From Chlamydiota bacterium (GTDB lineage Bacteria; Chlamydiota; Chlamydiia; Chlamydiales; SM23-39), in assembly GCA_048498835.1 (NCBI GenBank), contig JBEHXF010000001.1, positions 1 through 64,000 of the forward strand: 64,000 bases of DNA, in the 5' to 3' direction. Each line of letters begins with the position of its first letter. Positions within the stretch are counted from its first letter, which is position 1. Both the position numbers and the translations under genes were made by a program. Shown here piece by piece: positions 39,951 to 49,062 of this stretch. The notes beneath the pieces are model-generated. The model was not told the origin of the DNA and did no database searches. It worked only from the letters and a program-made list of their open reading frames with translations.

Positions 39951-40677
39951 TGAATATCTCTAATGCTCGTTCTGCAGAGATTCTCTTCTTTGGATCTTTT
40001 TGCAAAAGTCCATAAATCAGCCCATTGATCAGAGGACCTTCAGCAGAACATTTTTCCCAAACCGCATTCCAATCGGCTTCCGTAATCACTTCTCTTTTAT
40101 CACCTAAGTATCCGTCCATCCAGATCGAACCTTCTCCGTAATATAGTCGATAAAGAGAGCAGCCGAGCATAAACAGATCGGTCTCTTGTGTAAGAATAGG
40201 TGCATCTCTTTCATTCTTTCCTAAATTGGCTTCAACAATTTCAGGAGCAAGATAAGAATATTCAAACCATTCACGCGTTCCAGGTTTCACCCGACAAAGC
40301 GTGACAATAGGCACCGGTCTCTCTTTTGGTTTCTTCAGAGGAGTGTCCGGGCCTGCTATCAGCTGTTGAAAATCGATTACCGTACTCGTTAATTCCATTT
40401 CTTTTGATTCTTCTAACTCTTCTTGATAAGTCAGAACAATGCATCGAGGATGAATCTCTCCTAAATGCTTTCCTTCCTCATGGATAGCTCGGGCACTTTC
40501 TATAATTTTTTTTGCGACAAAATTTTTAAAAGAATCTTTCAAGCGATCGCGACGCAATACATCTTGTAACGTGCGCTTTCCAACTTCAGAAGTTTTTAAA
40601 AGCTGAGATTGTCTCTCGTGCTTTTCCTGCACAAAAAGATCCAAATCATAAGAACGCGAAACAGCAGAGATCGCCAT
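39931..40677 (-). CDS. Degenerate protein kinase C-lobe (pseudokinase)
   Basis: YLAPE, TDLFMLGCSLY, LLQKDPKKRISA present; HRD and DFG absent. Confidence 0.7.
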   Translation of the reverse strand: MAISAVSRSYDLDLFVQEKHERQSQLLKTSEVGKRTLQDVLRRDRLKDSFKNFVAKKIIESARAIHEEGKHLGEIHPRCIVLTYQEELEESKEMELTSTVIDFQQLIAGPDTPLKKPKERPVPIVTLCRVKPGTREWFEYSYLAPEIVEANLGKNERDAPILTQETDLFMLGCSLYRLYYGEGSIWMDGYLGDKREVITEADWNAVWEKCSAEGPLINGLIYGLLQKDPKKRISAERALEIFNEYCAN

Positions 40678-40679
40678 TG

Positions 40680-42449
40680 CTAGCCCTTTTTGAGAGGAAG
40701 GGAGATCGTAAAGGTACTTCCCTTACCCAGTTCAGAAGAAACAGACACATATCCTCTTAGTTTGTCGACAATCGTCTTTACAATCGAAAGCCCAAGCCCC
40801 GCCCCTCCAGATTTGCGCGAGCGCGCTTTATCCACTGTATAGAAGCGATCGAAAATATGTGGGATATCAGCCTCGGGAATTCCGATCCCTCGATCACGGA
40901 TATTGAGATGAACATCTTCGCCGACTCGCTCAATCGAAATATCGATCTGAGCCGGAGCAGGGGAATAGCGAATCGCATTTTCCAAGAGATTCATGATTGC
41001 TAAATCGAGTAAATCCCCATCCGCTACAATAATCGCTCGATTGAGTTCCGTATGGAACGTCACAACAGCATTGCGATGAGCTGTCAAAAGGAGATGCTTA
41101 CAATTTTCGGTCAAAAGAACCAAATCGGTAGGACGAAATTTATCATCCGATAAATTCTCTATGTCAGACAAAGTCAGTAAACTCTTCACCAACTTATCGA
41201 GCCGTCCACAGGTACGAACAATTTTTTCGGTGATGTCCTTTAACAGCTCTTTCGAAATATCGGGCAAATCAGACAACGTCTCTGCAAAGCCTCGAATAAT
41301 CGTGATGGGAGTCCTCAGCTCGTGCGATGCATTCGCAATAAAGTCTTTGCCCATCTCTAAAACTTTGTAATCAGATGTTTTGTCCTGCAACACCAAAATC
41401 GCCCCATTTTGCTGCGCAAGAGGAGCGGCGATTAAATCCAAATAGACTCTCTTCCCTTCACCGCGTGACCAAGTCTGGATAATCGCTTCAGATGTTTGTA
41501 AAACCTGTAAAACTAGCTCATGGCTCTTCTTGGCCAAATCAGGCTCTTCTGATTTAAGCTGATCCAACGGCTGTCCCATGATTGCCGCGTGGGGAACCCC
41601 GATCATACGACAACCCACCTCGTTCGCAAATGTGATGCGCCCTCGTGTATCGAGCGCGATCACTCCCTCGGCAAGCGACTCTAAGATCCCTTCCGTCTCT
41701 CGGCTCTTTTGCACCAACTGTTCAATCTGCTTTTGTATTTTCCCAGACAGCGAATTCAACGTGAACGCCAGCTTACTAAATTCATCGCCGGGAATTGCCT
41801 GAGTCAACACAATGCGCGGCAAAAACTCTTCATGTCCCTCTTGATAAGGCAAAATCGCATCGATGATTTGCTGAATCGGGCGACTGAGCCGGTGAATGAT
41901 CGCCCAAGTCATGACGCTATAGAGCATCAAAATAAACGCCCCCAAGAGCAAAAACCCCTTCTCAAAATCGCGCGTTAACTCCCGAATTTCATTCAGTGGA
42001 AATCCGGTCCTTAAAACATACAACTGGCCATTGGCTGTAAAAGAAATCGCGACATAAGCAAAGCTCTCTTGAAACAACTCAGAATGACTTTCATGATAGG
42101 CGAGCCCATCTTGAATCGCCTCGTGAATTTCGGGATGGATCTCCGCTTCTTCATCTCGAAGAGTCCCTCTTGTATGACGAGGTGCATGCGAATCATATAA
42201 GATTTTCGAATCAGCATTAAACAGCGTCACTCGCTGGAAAAAAAAGAGCTCATCCGATTCCATCAAATCGATCATCTCAGGCAAATCGGGCGCTTTTTTC
42301 AAATGCAAAATGAGCTGTTCCGCGCGACTCTCGAGCGAGCGCCGCATGATGTTCTTAACAGTCCGCTCAACGAATGGAAACAAAAAAGCAATGAAGACAA
42401 TCAGGAGAATGAAGTCTGAAATGAGAATTTTTCGGCGAAAACTAATCAT
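40680..42449 (-). CDS. Membrane sensor histidine kinase (PhoR-like; HAMP-PAS-HisKA-HATPase)
   Basis: FIANASHELRTP, NLLENAIRY, DRGIGI, FDRFY, GAGLGLSIV. Confidence 0.93.
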   Translation of the reverse strand: MISFRRKILISDFILLIVFIAFLFPFVERTVKNIMRRSLESRAEQLILHLKKAPDLPEMIDLMESDELFFFQRVTLFNADSKILYDSHAPRHTRGTLRDEEAEIHPEIHEAIQDGLAYHESHSELFQESFAYVAISFTANGQLYVLRTGFPLNEIRELTRDFEKGFLLLGAFILMLYSVMTWAIIHRLSRPIQQIIDAILPYQEGHEEFLPRIVLTQAIPGDEFSKLAFTLNSLSGKIQKQIEQLVQKSRETEGILESLAEGVIALDTRGRITFANEVGCRMIGVPHAAIMGQPLDQLKSEEPDLAKKSHELVLQVLQTSEAIIQTWSRGEGKRVYLDLIAAPLAQQNGAILVLQDKTSDYKVLEMGKDFIANASHELRTPITIIRGFAETLSDLPDISKELLKDITEKIVRTCGRLDKLVKSLLTLSDIENLSDDKFRPTDLVLLTENCKHLLLTAHRNAVVTFHTELNRAIIVADGDLLDLAIMNLLENAIRYSPAPAQIDISIERVGEDVHLNIRDRGIGIPEADIPHIFDRFYTVDKARSRKSGGAGLGLSIVKTIVDKLRGYVSVSSELGKGSTFTISLPLKKG

Positions 42450-42475
42450 ATTTTCTTAACAATAAACGGTTCGCC

Positions 42476-43510
42476 TTAACCGTGAAAGAGTTTTTCAACA
42501 CCTCTCTCAATAACCTGCACCATATCCTCCCAGCGCACTCCACCCAATCCCGGTCGATACAATCCCGGTTCAACCGTAAAAACCATTCCTACCTTCAATT
42601 CGAGATCTTGATCGCCAGAACCCGCCTTAAAACTCGGAAATTCATGGGTCTCTAAACCGATTCCATGTCCAAGTCCATGCGAGAACAACTCTTCCACACC
42701 CTCACTTCGAAACACCTCGCGCGCCGCCCGATCCACATCGCCCAGTTTCGCTCCCGGCCGAATCTGATCGATCGCCGCCTGCTGCGCTCGCTTGGTTAAC
42801 TGCAGCATCCTTTCAATCTCAGGATTGGCCCTCCCAAAGAAATGGACCCGCGTTAAATCTCCTCGATAGCTATCGACAACTGCCCCGATATCCATCAAGA
42901 CAACTTGATCTTTCTCTAATCTCGTCTTGCCTGCTCTGTGATGTGGATAGGCGCTATTTTCCCCGAATGCGATGATCGGCTCAAAGGAGAGTCCCGAAGC
43001 GCCATGTTTTCGAACAAACATCTCAAATTCTAAAGCCAATTCTTCTTCGGCGATTCCCTCCGTAAGCATACCAGCAATGTGTCGGTAGCCTCTCCAAGTC
43101 AAATCAGCCGCACGCTTCAAAGCAGCAATTTCCTCCCCATCTTTAACGCCGCGATGAAGCTTTAATAAGCCACTCATCGGAGAAAATTCGATCCCTTCCG
43201 CCATCTTCTTCAAATTCTCAAAGCGATCATAACTCGTCGCCGCGCTATCGAAATCGACACGTCTGATCTCGTTATCGCGCAAAAAACGAGCCGGAGACTC
43301 TGAATCCAACAATCGCACCGTACACGGAGCCTCTTTCGTCGCCTTTGAGAAATAACGACCATCCACATACAACACCGCCTCATTTGCCGTTACAGCAAGC
43401 AACCCTTTCGACATCTGCAAGCCCGTTAAATAGAACAAATCGACAGGCGATTCAATCAGCGCAGCTTCTGATCTCAAATGTTTTTGCAGTATAGCTATCC
43501 GAGAATTCAT
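42476..43510 (-). CDS. pepP: Xaa-Pro aminopeptidase (M24B)
   Basis: PHH, DIG...[33 protein letters not shown]. Confidence 0.9.
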   Translation of the reverse strand: MNSRIAILQKHLRSEAALIESPVDLFYLTGLQMSKGLLAVTANEAVLYVDGRYFSKATKEAPCTVRLLDSESPARFLRDNEIRRVDFDSAATSYDRFENLKKMAEGIEFSPMSGLLKLHRGVKDGEEIAALKRAADLTWRGYRHIAGMLTEGIAEEELALEFEMFVRKHGASGLSFEPIIAFGENSAYPHHRAGKTRLEKDQVVLMDIGAVVDSYRGDLTRVHFFGRANPEIERMLQLTKRAQQAAIDQIRPGAKLGDVDRAAREVFRSEGVEELFSHGLGHGIGLETHEFPSFKAGSGDQDLELKVGMVFTVEPGLYRPGLGGVRWEDMVQVIERGVEKLFHG

Positions 43511-45063
43511 ACGAAAAACTCCGCGAGTTGATCTTCAGTAAGAGATACCACGATTTTCCTGCCGAGCGGATCATATTTTTGATCCACGCAAGATTGTAAC
43601 CTACGCCAGATAGCAGAAGCTTCCTCCAACGAAAACTTCCGACTCGATGCGCGGCAAATACGCGTAAGGGACGCCGCCAAGCGCCGTTCAGTTTTATTGG
43701 CCCCATATTGCTGGATAAACGATTCCAGATAGGCTGTCTCCAAACCAACGGGCACTGCATCGATTGCCAGCCTCTTTTTCCCCATTGCCCGCGCTTCAAT
43801 TCCAATCCCACTCAATAATTCAACCAGCCTTTCCGCCTCTTCACCAGGACCTAGTTGCATTTCATGAGGCCATAAAAGTGGCTGCATCAAAGGTTTTGGC
43901 TTCTCCATCTCCTCAAACAAAATCCGCGCTTCAGCGCCACGTAAATCGACCAACTTCCACGGCCGATCTTCGAGCAGCAAAAAATCCCCTAACAGCGCGA
44001 TCGGCTTCGCCTTCTCGACAATCGGCAAAACGACCTCCTGCGAAATCACCGGGGCATCATCAATGACAAACGGCATAACGGTGGCTGGAGTAAATTCCCA
44101 CGGCATTGGCGCAATCTTCGGCTCTTCCTTCGCAAACACCGCCTCCACTGCTGCACGAACAACCTGATATAATTTCCCTTCCTCTCGAAAGCGCACTTCC
44201 TTCTTTTGCGGATGAACGTTTACATCCACTTCTTCAGGCGCGACATCGATAAAGAGCAAAAAGACGGGAAATAGAGCCTCACCAATTCTCGTCCCAAACG
44301 CCTCTTTCACTGCGCGAGAAACCAAATGCGAAGTAATCGGCCGTTGATTGACAAAGAGAGTCTGTCCGCTCCGATTCAATTTCGCCTCTTGCGGCTGCCC
44401 TACCAATCCTCGAACACCCGGCCCCTTTACCTCGTGCGCAAAAGGGCCTAATACCTCTTCGGCCCGTCTTTTCCAATCGGTGGCCTTGCAAGAAAAAACA
44501 AGCTTCCCATTTGACAACAGGCTAAATCCCACATCCGGATGCGCGAGCGAAATCGTCTGCACCGTTCGCAGTACTGCCGCCGCGCAGGCAGAAGGGGATT
44601 TTTGAAACTTCAATCGCGCCGGAGTATTCGAAAATAAAGATCGGATCTCAATCGTCGTTCCACGATTTCTCGCGCACGGTTCCACAATCGAGCCACACAA
44701 TCGCGTCGTCTCTTTGCCATTCGACGTTCTCAATTCAAGCTGCGAAACAGAAGCGATTGCCGCCAATGCCTCACCCCGAAATCCCATCGTCATCAATTTC
44801 TGCAAATCGTCCGCAGAGCGAATTTTCGAAGTCGCATGGCGCTTCAAACAGATCAAAGCATCATTTCGGCTCATTCCACAGCCGTCATCTTCAATCTGAA
44901 TCCTCTGCAATCCACCCGCCTCAATCTCTACATTGATTTGACGCGCGCCCGCATCGAGAGAGTTTTCAAGCATCTCCTTCACAGCGGAAGCGGGATGCTC
45001 AAGCACCTCTCCTGCGGCAATTTGATCGACCACTAAATCAGGTAAAACAAAAATTGTATCCAT
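43507..45063 (-). CDS. mutL: DNA mismatch repair protein MutL
   Basis: Start MDTIFVL; QIAAGEV, KEMLENSLDAGA, GFRGEAL, DVNVHPQKKEV. Confidence 0.96.
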   Translation of the reverse strand: MDTIFVLPDLVVDQIAAGEVLEHPASAVKEMLENSLDAGARQINVEIEAGGLQRIQIEDDGCGMSRNDALICLKRHATSKIRSADDLQKLMTMGFRGEALAAIASVSQLELRTSNGKETTRLCGSIVEPCARNRGTTIEIRSLFSNTPARLKFQKSPSACAAAVLRTVQTISLAHPDVGFSLLSNGKLVFSCKATDWKRRAEEVLGPFAHEVKGPGVRGLVGQPQEAKLNRSGQTLFVNQRPITSHLVSRAVKEAFGTRIGEALFPVFLLFIDVAPEEVDVNVHPQKKEVRFREEGKLYQVVRAAVEAVFAKEEPKIAPMPWEFTPATVMPFVIDDAPVISQEVVLPIVEKAKPIALLGDFLLLEDRPWKLVDLRGAEARILFEEMEKPKPLMQPLLWPHEMQLGPGEEAERLVELLSGIGIEARAMGKKRLAIDAVPVGLETAYLESFIQQYGANKTERRLAASLTRICRASSRKFSLEEASAIWRRLQSCVDQKYDPLGRKIVVSLTEDQLAEFFV

Positions 45064-45108
45064 TGCATCTACTATAGCAAAATCACCGGTTGGAGTATAC
45101 TCCAACAC

Positions 45109-45909
45109 ATGCGCATACTTTTTTTTCTCATCTTCTTCATCGCCTCGCTCCACGCCACTTACATTGGCAATCCCGCCGGTCCTGCGATTATGAACACCGG
45201 GTTTTTCAGCCTGCGCAATCCGCTGATTAAAGGCACCACCGGCTACTACGGCGACTATATTTCCGACATGCGCTTTGTCCCGACGAAAGGTACTTCCGAA
45301 TTTGAAGCGGCTAACTCGTTCCGCCAATTCGGTCTCCATTCACAAATGGCCACCGCTTCTGTCATTTTCATGGAACGGATCGAGTTTTTCGGATCTGCTG
45401 GCGGCTCCAAAGAACATGCAAAATTTTCTGAAAAACCAACCATAAACGAAATTTCTGAAGAGCTCCTCGATTTTCACAGCACCTACACATTTTCCTGGGC
45501 GGCCGGAACCCGTATCGTTCTTCTACAGTGGTGGAGAGCCTACCTCAGTACCGATTTCACCTATTTTCAGGTTCCCTCATCCAGCCAATCGTATTTTAAA
45601 TTTCTCAACCGCCTCAATCTGCCTCTAGAGACCGAAAAGCAAACCTTCTCCATCGACGAATGGCAAATTTGCCTCGCTCTCTCTGCTCGATTTTTCTTCA
45701 TAACTCCTTACGGAGGAGGTACTTACATGCATTCCAAGCTCAATATCCACTCTGGCCCTGGCATCCCGCCCCTTTATTACACCAATAAAGAGCCCTGGGG
45801 CTATTTCTATGGCTTCACCATCTCTCTCACCGGCCGCTTCCACCTCAACTTCGAGCGGCGAATGCGCGATGAATTTGCCTATTCATTTGCCACGATCGCT
45901 GTCTTTTAA
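45109..45909 (+). CDS. Chlamydial MOMP/OmpA-like outer membrane beta-barrel protein
   Basis: Signal peptide followed by YIGNPAGPAIM (cf. MOMP PVGNPAEP); EWQICLALS, TPYGG; C-terminal Phe. Confidence 0.75.
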   Translation: MRILFFLIFFIASLHATYIGNPAGPAIMNTGFFSLRNPLIKGTTGYYGDYISDMRFVPTKGTSEFEAANSFRQFGLHSQMATASVIFMERIEFFGSAGGSKEHAKFSEKPTINEISEELLDFHSTYTFSWAAGTRIVLLQWWRAYLSTDFTYFQVPSSSQSYFKFLNRLNLPLETEKQTFSIDEWQICLALSARFFFITPYGGGTYMHSKLNIHSGPGIPPLYYTNKEPWGYFYGFTISLTGRFHLNFERRMRDEFAYSFATIAVF

Positions 45910-45923
45910 TTACAGTGGTGTTT

Positions 45924-47126
45924 ATGGATGAGCACCCACAGGCACGTAAAATCGTCGAAACACTGACAAAAGCAGGCTTTGTCGCCTATTATGCAGGCGG
46001 CTGGGTTCGCGACTTCCTTCTCAATCACCCATCTGACGATATCGATATCGCCACCAACGCGCCACCCGAAACCATCCAAGCCCTCTTTCCTAAAACAGTC
46101 CCAATCGGCCTCGCCTTTGGCATCATCCTCGTCCTCATCGACGGACACCAATATGAAGTAGCGACCTTTCGGCAAGACCTCGACTACAAAGATGGACGGC
46201 GCCCCTCGCGCATCGAATATACAACAGCCGAAGAAGATGCAAAACGGCGCGACTTCACCATCAATGGAATGTTTTACGATCCGCTAAAAAAAGAAATTCT
46301 CGATTTTGTGAATGGGCAAATCGATCTCGATAAAAAACTCATTCGAGCGATCGGCAATCCCCACGAGCGAATTAAAGAAGATCGCCTCCGGATGATCCGC
46401 GCTGTCCGCCTCGGCTGCCGCTTCAACTTCGCCATCGATCCCGCTACAGAACAAGCGATCCGCGCCCACGCTTCAGAACTTTTCCCTGCCGTCGCTATTG
46501 AGCGGATCGTTCAAGAGTTTGAAAAAGGGCTCGCCTTCGGCAAACTGAGACCCATGCTCATTCAGCTACACGACTTCGGCCTTCTCGCCTCGATTTTCCC
46601 CTCTCTTAAAAACACCCCTCTCGCTGAAATCGAACGCCGCCTCGAACCGCTCAAACATTTTCCCAAAGACGCGCCCCTCATCGCCTCTCTACTGGAACTC
46701 TTTCCCCAAGATCCACTCGATCTTCCTAAAAAACTCAAACTCTCCTCGCACGACCAGCAATTCGCAACCTTCCTCCACCTGGCAAAAAATCAAGATCGCT
46801 CCCTCTATGAATGGGCCCATTTTTACGCCAATCCCTTCTCTTCTCTCATCCTCCAAATCCTCGCAGCCCATCTCGACGAACACCAGCGAGCCTCCTTCCT
46901 TAAAACCCACAAAGAGAGAAAAGCTCTCCTTCATCCCTCCATTCTCCGCATTCAGAACCACGATCCACTCGTTAAGTCAGACGATCTTCTCGCTCTCGGC
47001 GTCAAACCGAGCAAGCAAATGGGGATTCTCCTCCGTGAAGCCGAACAAATTTCGATCAACGAGCAGCTCCAGGACAAACACGCAGTCCTTCACAAGCTGA
47101 AACAACATTCAGCTTGGCCCGCATGA
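45924..47126 (+). CDS. CCA tRNA nucleotidyltransferase / poly(A) polymerase family
   Basis: GGWVRD, DIDIAT, EVATFR, RRDFTIN, EDRLRMIRAVR, ERI. Confidence 0.92.
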   Translation: MDEHPQARKIVETLTKAGFVAYYAGGWVRDFLLNHPSDDIDIATNAPPETIQALFPKTVPIGLAFGIILVLIDGHQYEVATFRQDLDYKDGRRPSRIEYTTAEEDAKRRDFTINGMFYDPLKKEILDFVNGQIDLDKKLIRAIGNPHERIKEDRLRMIRAVRLGCRFNFAIDPATEQAIRAHASELFPAVAIERIVQEFEKGLAFGKLRPMLIQLHDFGLLASIFPSLKNTPLAEIERRLEPLKHFPKDAPLIASLLELFPQDPLDLPKKLKLSSHDQQFATFLHLAKNQDRSLYEWAHFYANPFSSLILQILAAHLDEHQRASFLKTHKERKALLHPSILRIQNHDPLVKSDDLLALGVKPSKQMGILLREAEQISINEQLQDKHAVLHKLKQHSAWPA

Positions 47127-48028
47127 CCCCGCATAAAGCCCAAAAGCTTCCTCTCAAACAACTCAAATGGGAAAAAATCATTCCCTTTTTAGGTCCCGCC
47201 CACCGAGCTTTAGGCCACCTCGATGAAGCGAGCCGCGATCTTCCCTTCGCTCTCTTCGAAACCTCTGTCTGGGAAGAAGCTGTTTACTCTGCTTTTGTGA
47301 AAGGAAGCGCCAAAGATGTTCTATTAAAAAAAACTCCATCTGAAAAAATCGATCTGATCAAAAAAGCGCTCGACAAAGTCATCCACTCCTCTTCTCCACT
47401 CAATACCCGCCTTCTTTGCCAAATACATGCCATTACCAAACAAAATGGGCCAAGCCGCAAAGATATCGGTCGCATCCGGACCCGTCAAAATTGGATTGGT
47501 ACAGAAGGATGTCCCATTGAAGAGGCCTATTTTCTCCCGCCTCCGCCCAAGCAAATGAAGCCTCTTCTCAACAATCTACAAACCTACATCCGCAGCAAAG
47601 AAAGCGATCCTCTCGTCCAATGCGCTCTCTATTTTGCCCAGCTTCTGATCATCCACCCTTTTATGGATGGAAATGGCCGCGTAGCCCGCATCCTCATTCC
47701 CTATTTCATCCGCAAGAAAAAGCTGCTGCACCATCCCATTCTCTTTCTCAGCCGCTATTTTGAAGAAAACCGACTTGCCTACTTTCAAAAGCTCTTTCAT
47801 CTATCTGATAAAAAGGATTGGGAAGACTGGATCATCTATTTTTTAAATGGTGTGACGCAATCGGCTTTAGCGATGAAAAATCGAGCAGACAGTTTAAGAA
47901 ACCTCTATGAAAAATATCCCGATCCTTCACTCTTTAAAAAACCGGTTCTAGGGAAACCAAAGACAGGGATGATAAAGGGAGAAGAGGGACTCTACTATTT
48001 CAAGTCCCTCTTGGATCTAATCGACTAA
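47123..48028 (+). CDS. Fic family protein (AMP transferase)
   Basis: HPFMDGNGRVAR; QNWIG; ATGA coupling to the upstream gene. Confidence 0.9.
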   Translation: MTPHKAQKLPLKQLKWEKIIPFLGPAHRALGHLDEASRDLPFALFETSVWEEAVYSAFVKGSAKDVLLKKTPSEKIDLIKKALDKVIHSSSPLNTRLLCQIHAITKQNGPSRKDIGRIRTRQNWIGTEGCPIEEAYFLPPPPKQMKPLLNNLQTYIRSKESDPLVQCALYFAQLLIIHPFMDGNGRVARILIPYFIRKKKLLHHPILFLSRYFEENRLAYFQKLFHLSDKKDWEDWIIYFLNGVTQSALAMKNRADSLRNLYEKYPDPSLFKKPVLGKPKTGMIKGEEGLYYFKSLLDLID

Positions 48029-48229
48029 TTACTCAGCTTGCTGGATTTCGCCGCCTGTTCCGCTCATTTTCATTTTATGAGCTGAAGTTTTGCGTTTGCG
48101 GCTTGTCTTTCTTTTTTTAACAGCTGCTTTCACTTTTCTTTTTACTTTGCGAACAGCTTTTTTTACTTTCGCGACTTTTTTCTTAACCGCTTTTTTTACT
48201 GTCGCTTTTTTTCTTTTTCGTGCTGCCAT
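48029..48229 (-). CDS. Small histone H1-like basic protein
   Basis: 66 aa, Lys/Arg/Ala/Val-rich; AGGAGA RBS. Confidence 0.78.
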   Translation of the reverse strand: MAARKRKKATVKKAVKKKVAKVKKAVRKVKRKVKAAVKKRKTSRKRKTSAHKMKMSGTGGEIQQAE

Positions 48230-48252
48230 ACATTCTCCTGTGGTGGTTCAAT

Positions 48253-48282
48253 AAAAAAGGCCCGAGAAAAAATCCCGAGCCT
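48253..48282 (-). terminator. Intrinsic terminator between the two basic-protein genes
   Basis: Minus strand AGGCTCGGGA-TTTTT-TCTCGGGCCT followed by a T tract. Confidence 0.75.
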
Positions 48283-48296
48283 AAAATCTTTTGGAT

Positions 48297-48482
48297 TTAG
48301 AGCGATTTAATTTTTTTAACGATCTTTTTTTCCATCTTGACGATCGCGTCTTTGAAGCTCACAGCTTTTTTCTTAATTTTTTTGGCTGTCGAGGTTTTTC
48401 TCGTCTTTCTGACTTTGTGAGTTTTTCTTTTCTTTGTTGTTCTTTTTTTTGCGGTTGTTTTTCTCTTTCTGCGAACTGCCAT
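48297..48482 (-). CDS. Small histone H1-like basic protein
   Basis: 61 aa, Lys/Arg/Thr-rich; AGGAGA RBS. Confidence 0.78.
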   Translation of the reverse strand: MAVRRKRKTTAKKRTTKKRKTHKVRKTRKTSTAKKIKKKAVSFKDAIVKMEKKIVKKIKSL

Positions 48483-48505
48483 AATTATCTCCTAGGTACA
48501 GCTAA

Positions 48506-48521
48506 TTCAACGCTTGCACCA
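48506..48521 (-). promoter_or_regulatory. Possible sigma54 -24/-12 promoter
   Basis: TGGTGCAAGCGTTGAA (GG-N10-GA instead of GC); would place the TSS just before the RBS. Confidence 0.33.
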
Positions 48522-48568
48522 AATGAGATTATTTTCGCAACAAAATTGGATAAAATATTTTAAAAACC

Positions 48569-49048
48569 CTATTCAGAAGCAACAGGGGACGAAGTTCTTT
48601 GCCGAACATTTCGCTCATTTGGCTTAAGATCCCTTGCTCGACGACCCAAAACAGGGCTAGGGGAGGAAGCTAAAGGCTCATGACTCCTCAACCGAGACAA
48701 TCGAAAAGCGCTTGAACGTTTTGAATGATCAGTACAATCGAATACGATGATAGGAAACTCTAGCAAAGACTTGTTATTGTCTTGTTTGGCAAAATCCAGA
48801 CAGATAAATTTTTTCCCCACTTGCCGATTTCCCATCCAGTCTTGAAAAACAATTTGGCATTTATGCAAAGCTCTTAAGGCCAACTGATTGAATTTGCCGC
48901 TTGCGACAGTTGCGTTTGGTTTACATTTGATCTTAACATATTTGCTATAGGCATCTTCAATAGGCTCGGGAGATAAAACTGTAAAAGCAAAGTCTCCCTT
49001 ACAAAAAGAAGGGTGATAAGTAAAATCACGGGAAAAGGGCAAAGTCAT
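48569..49048 (-). CDS. Hypothetical protein
   Basis: 159-aa ATG ORF filling the gap after the phosphatase gene; basic Ser-rich tail. Confidence 0.55.
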   Translation of the reverse strand: MTLPFSRDFTYHPSFCKGDFAFTVLSPEPIEDAYSKYVKIKCKPNATVASGKFNQLALRALHKCQIVFQDWMGNRQVGKKFICLDFAKQDNNKSLLEFPIIVFDCTDHSKRSSAFRLSRLRSHEPLASSPSPVLGRRARDLKPNERNVRQRTSSPVASE

Positions 49049-49062
49049 AATCGGCGGAGATT

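Noticed and set aside
45064..45339. 92-aa N-terminal extension of MutL in the ORF track
   Set aside because: It overlaps the MOMP-like gene on the other strand; MutL homology starts at ATG 45063.
48483..48568. sigma28 promoter for the histone-like genes
   Set aside because: No convincing TAAA-N15-GCCGATAA match found.
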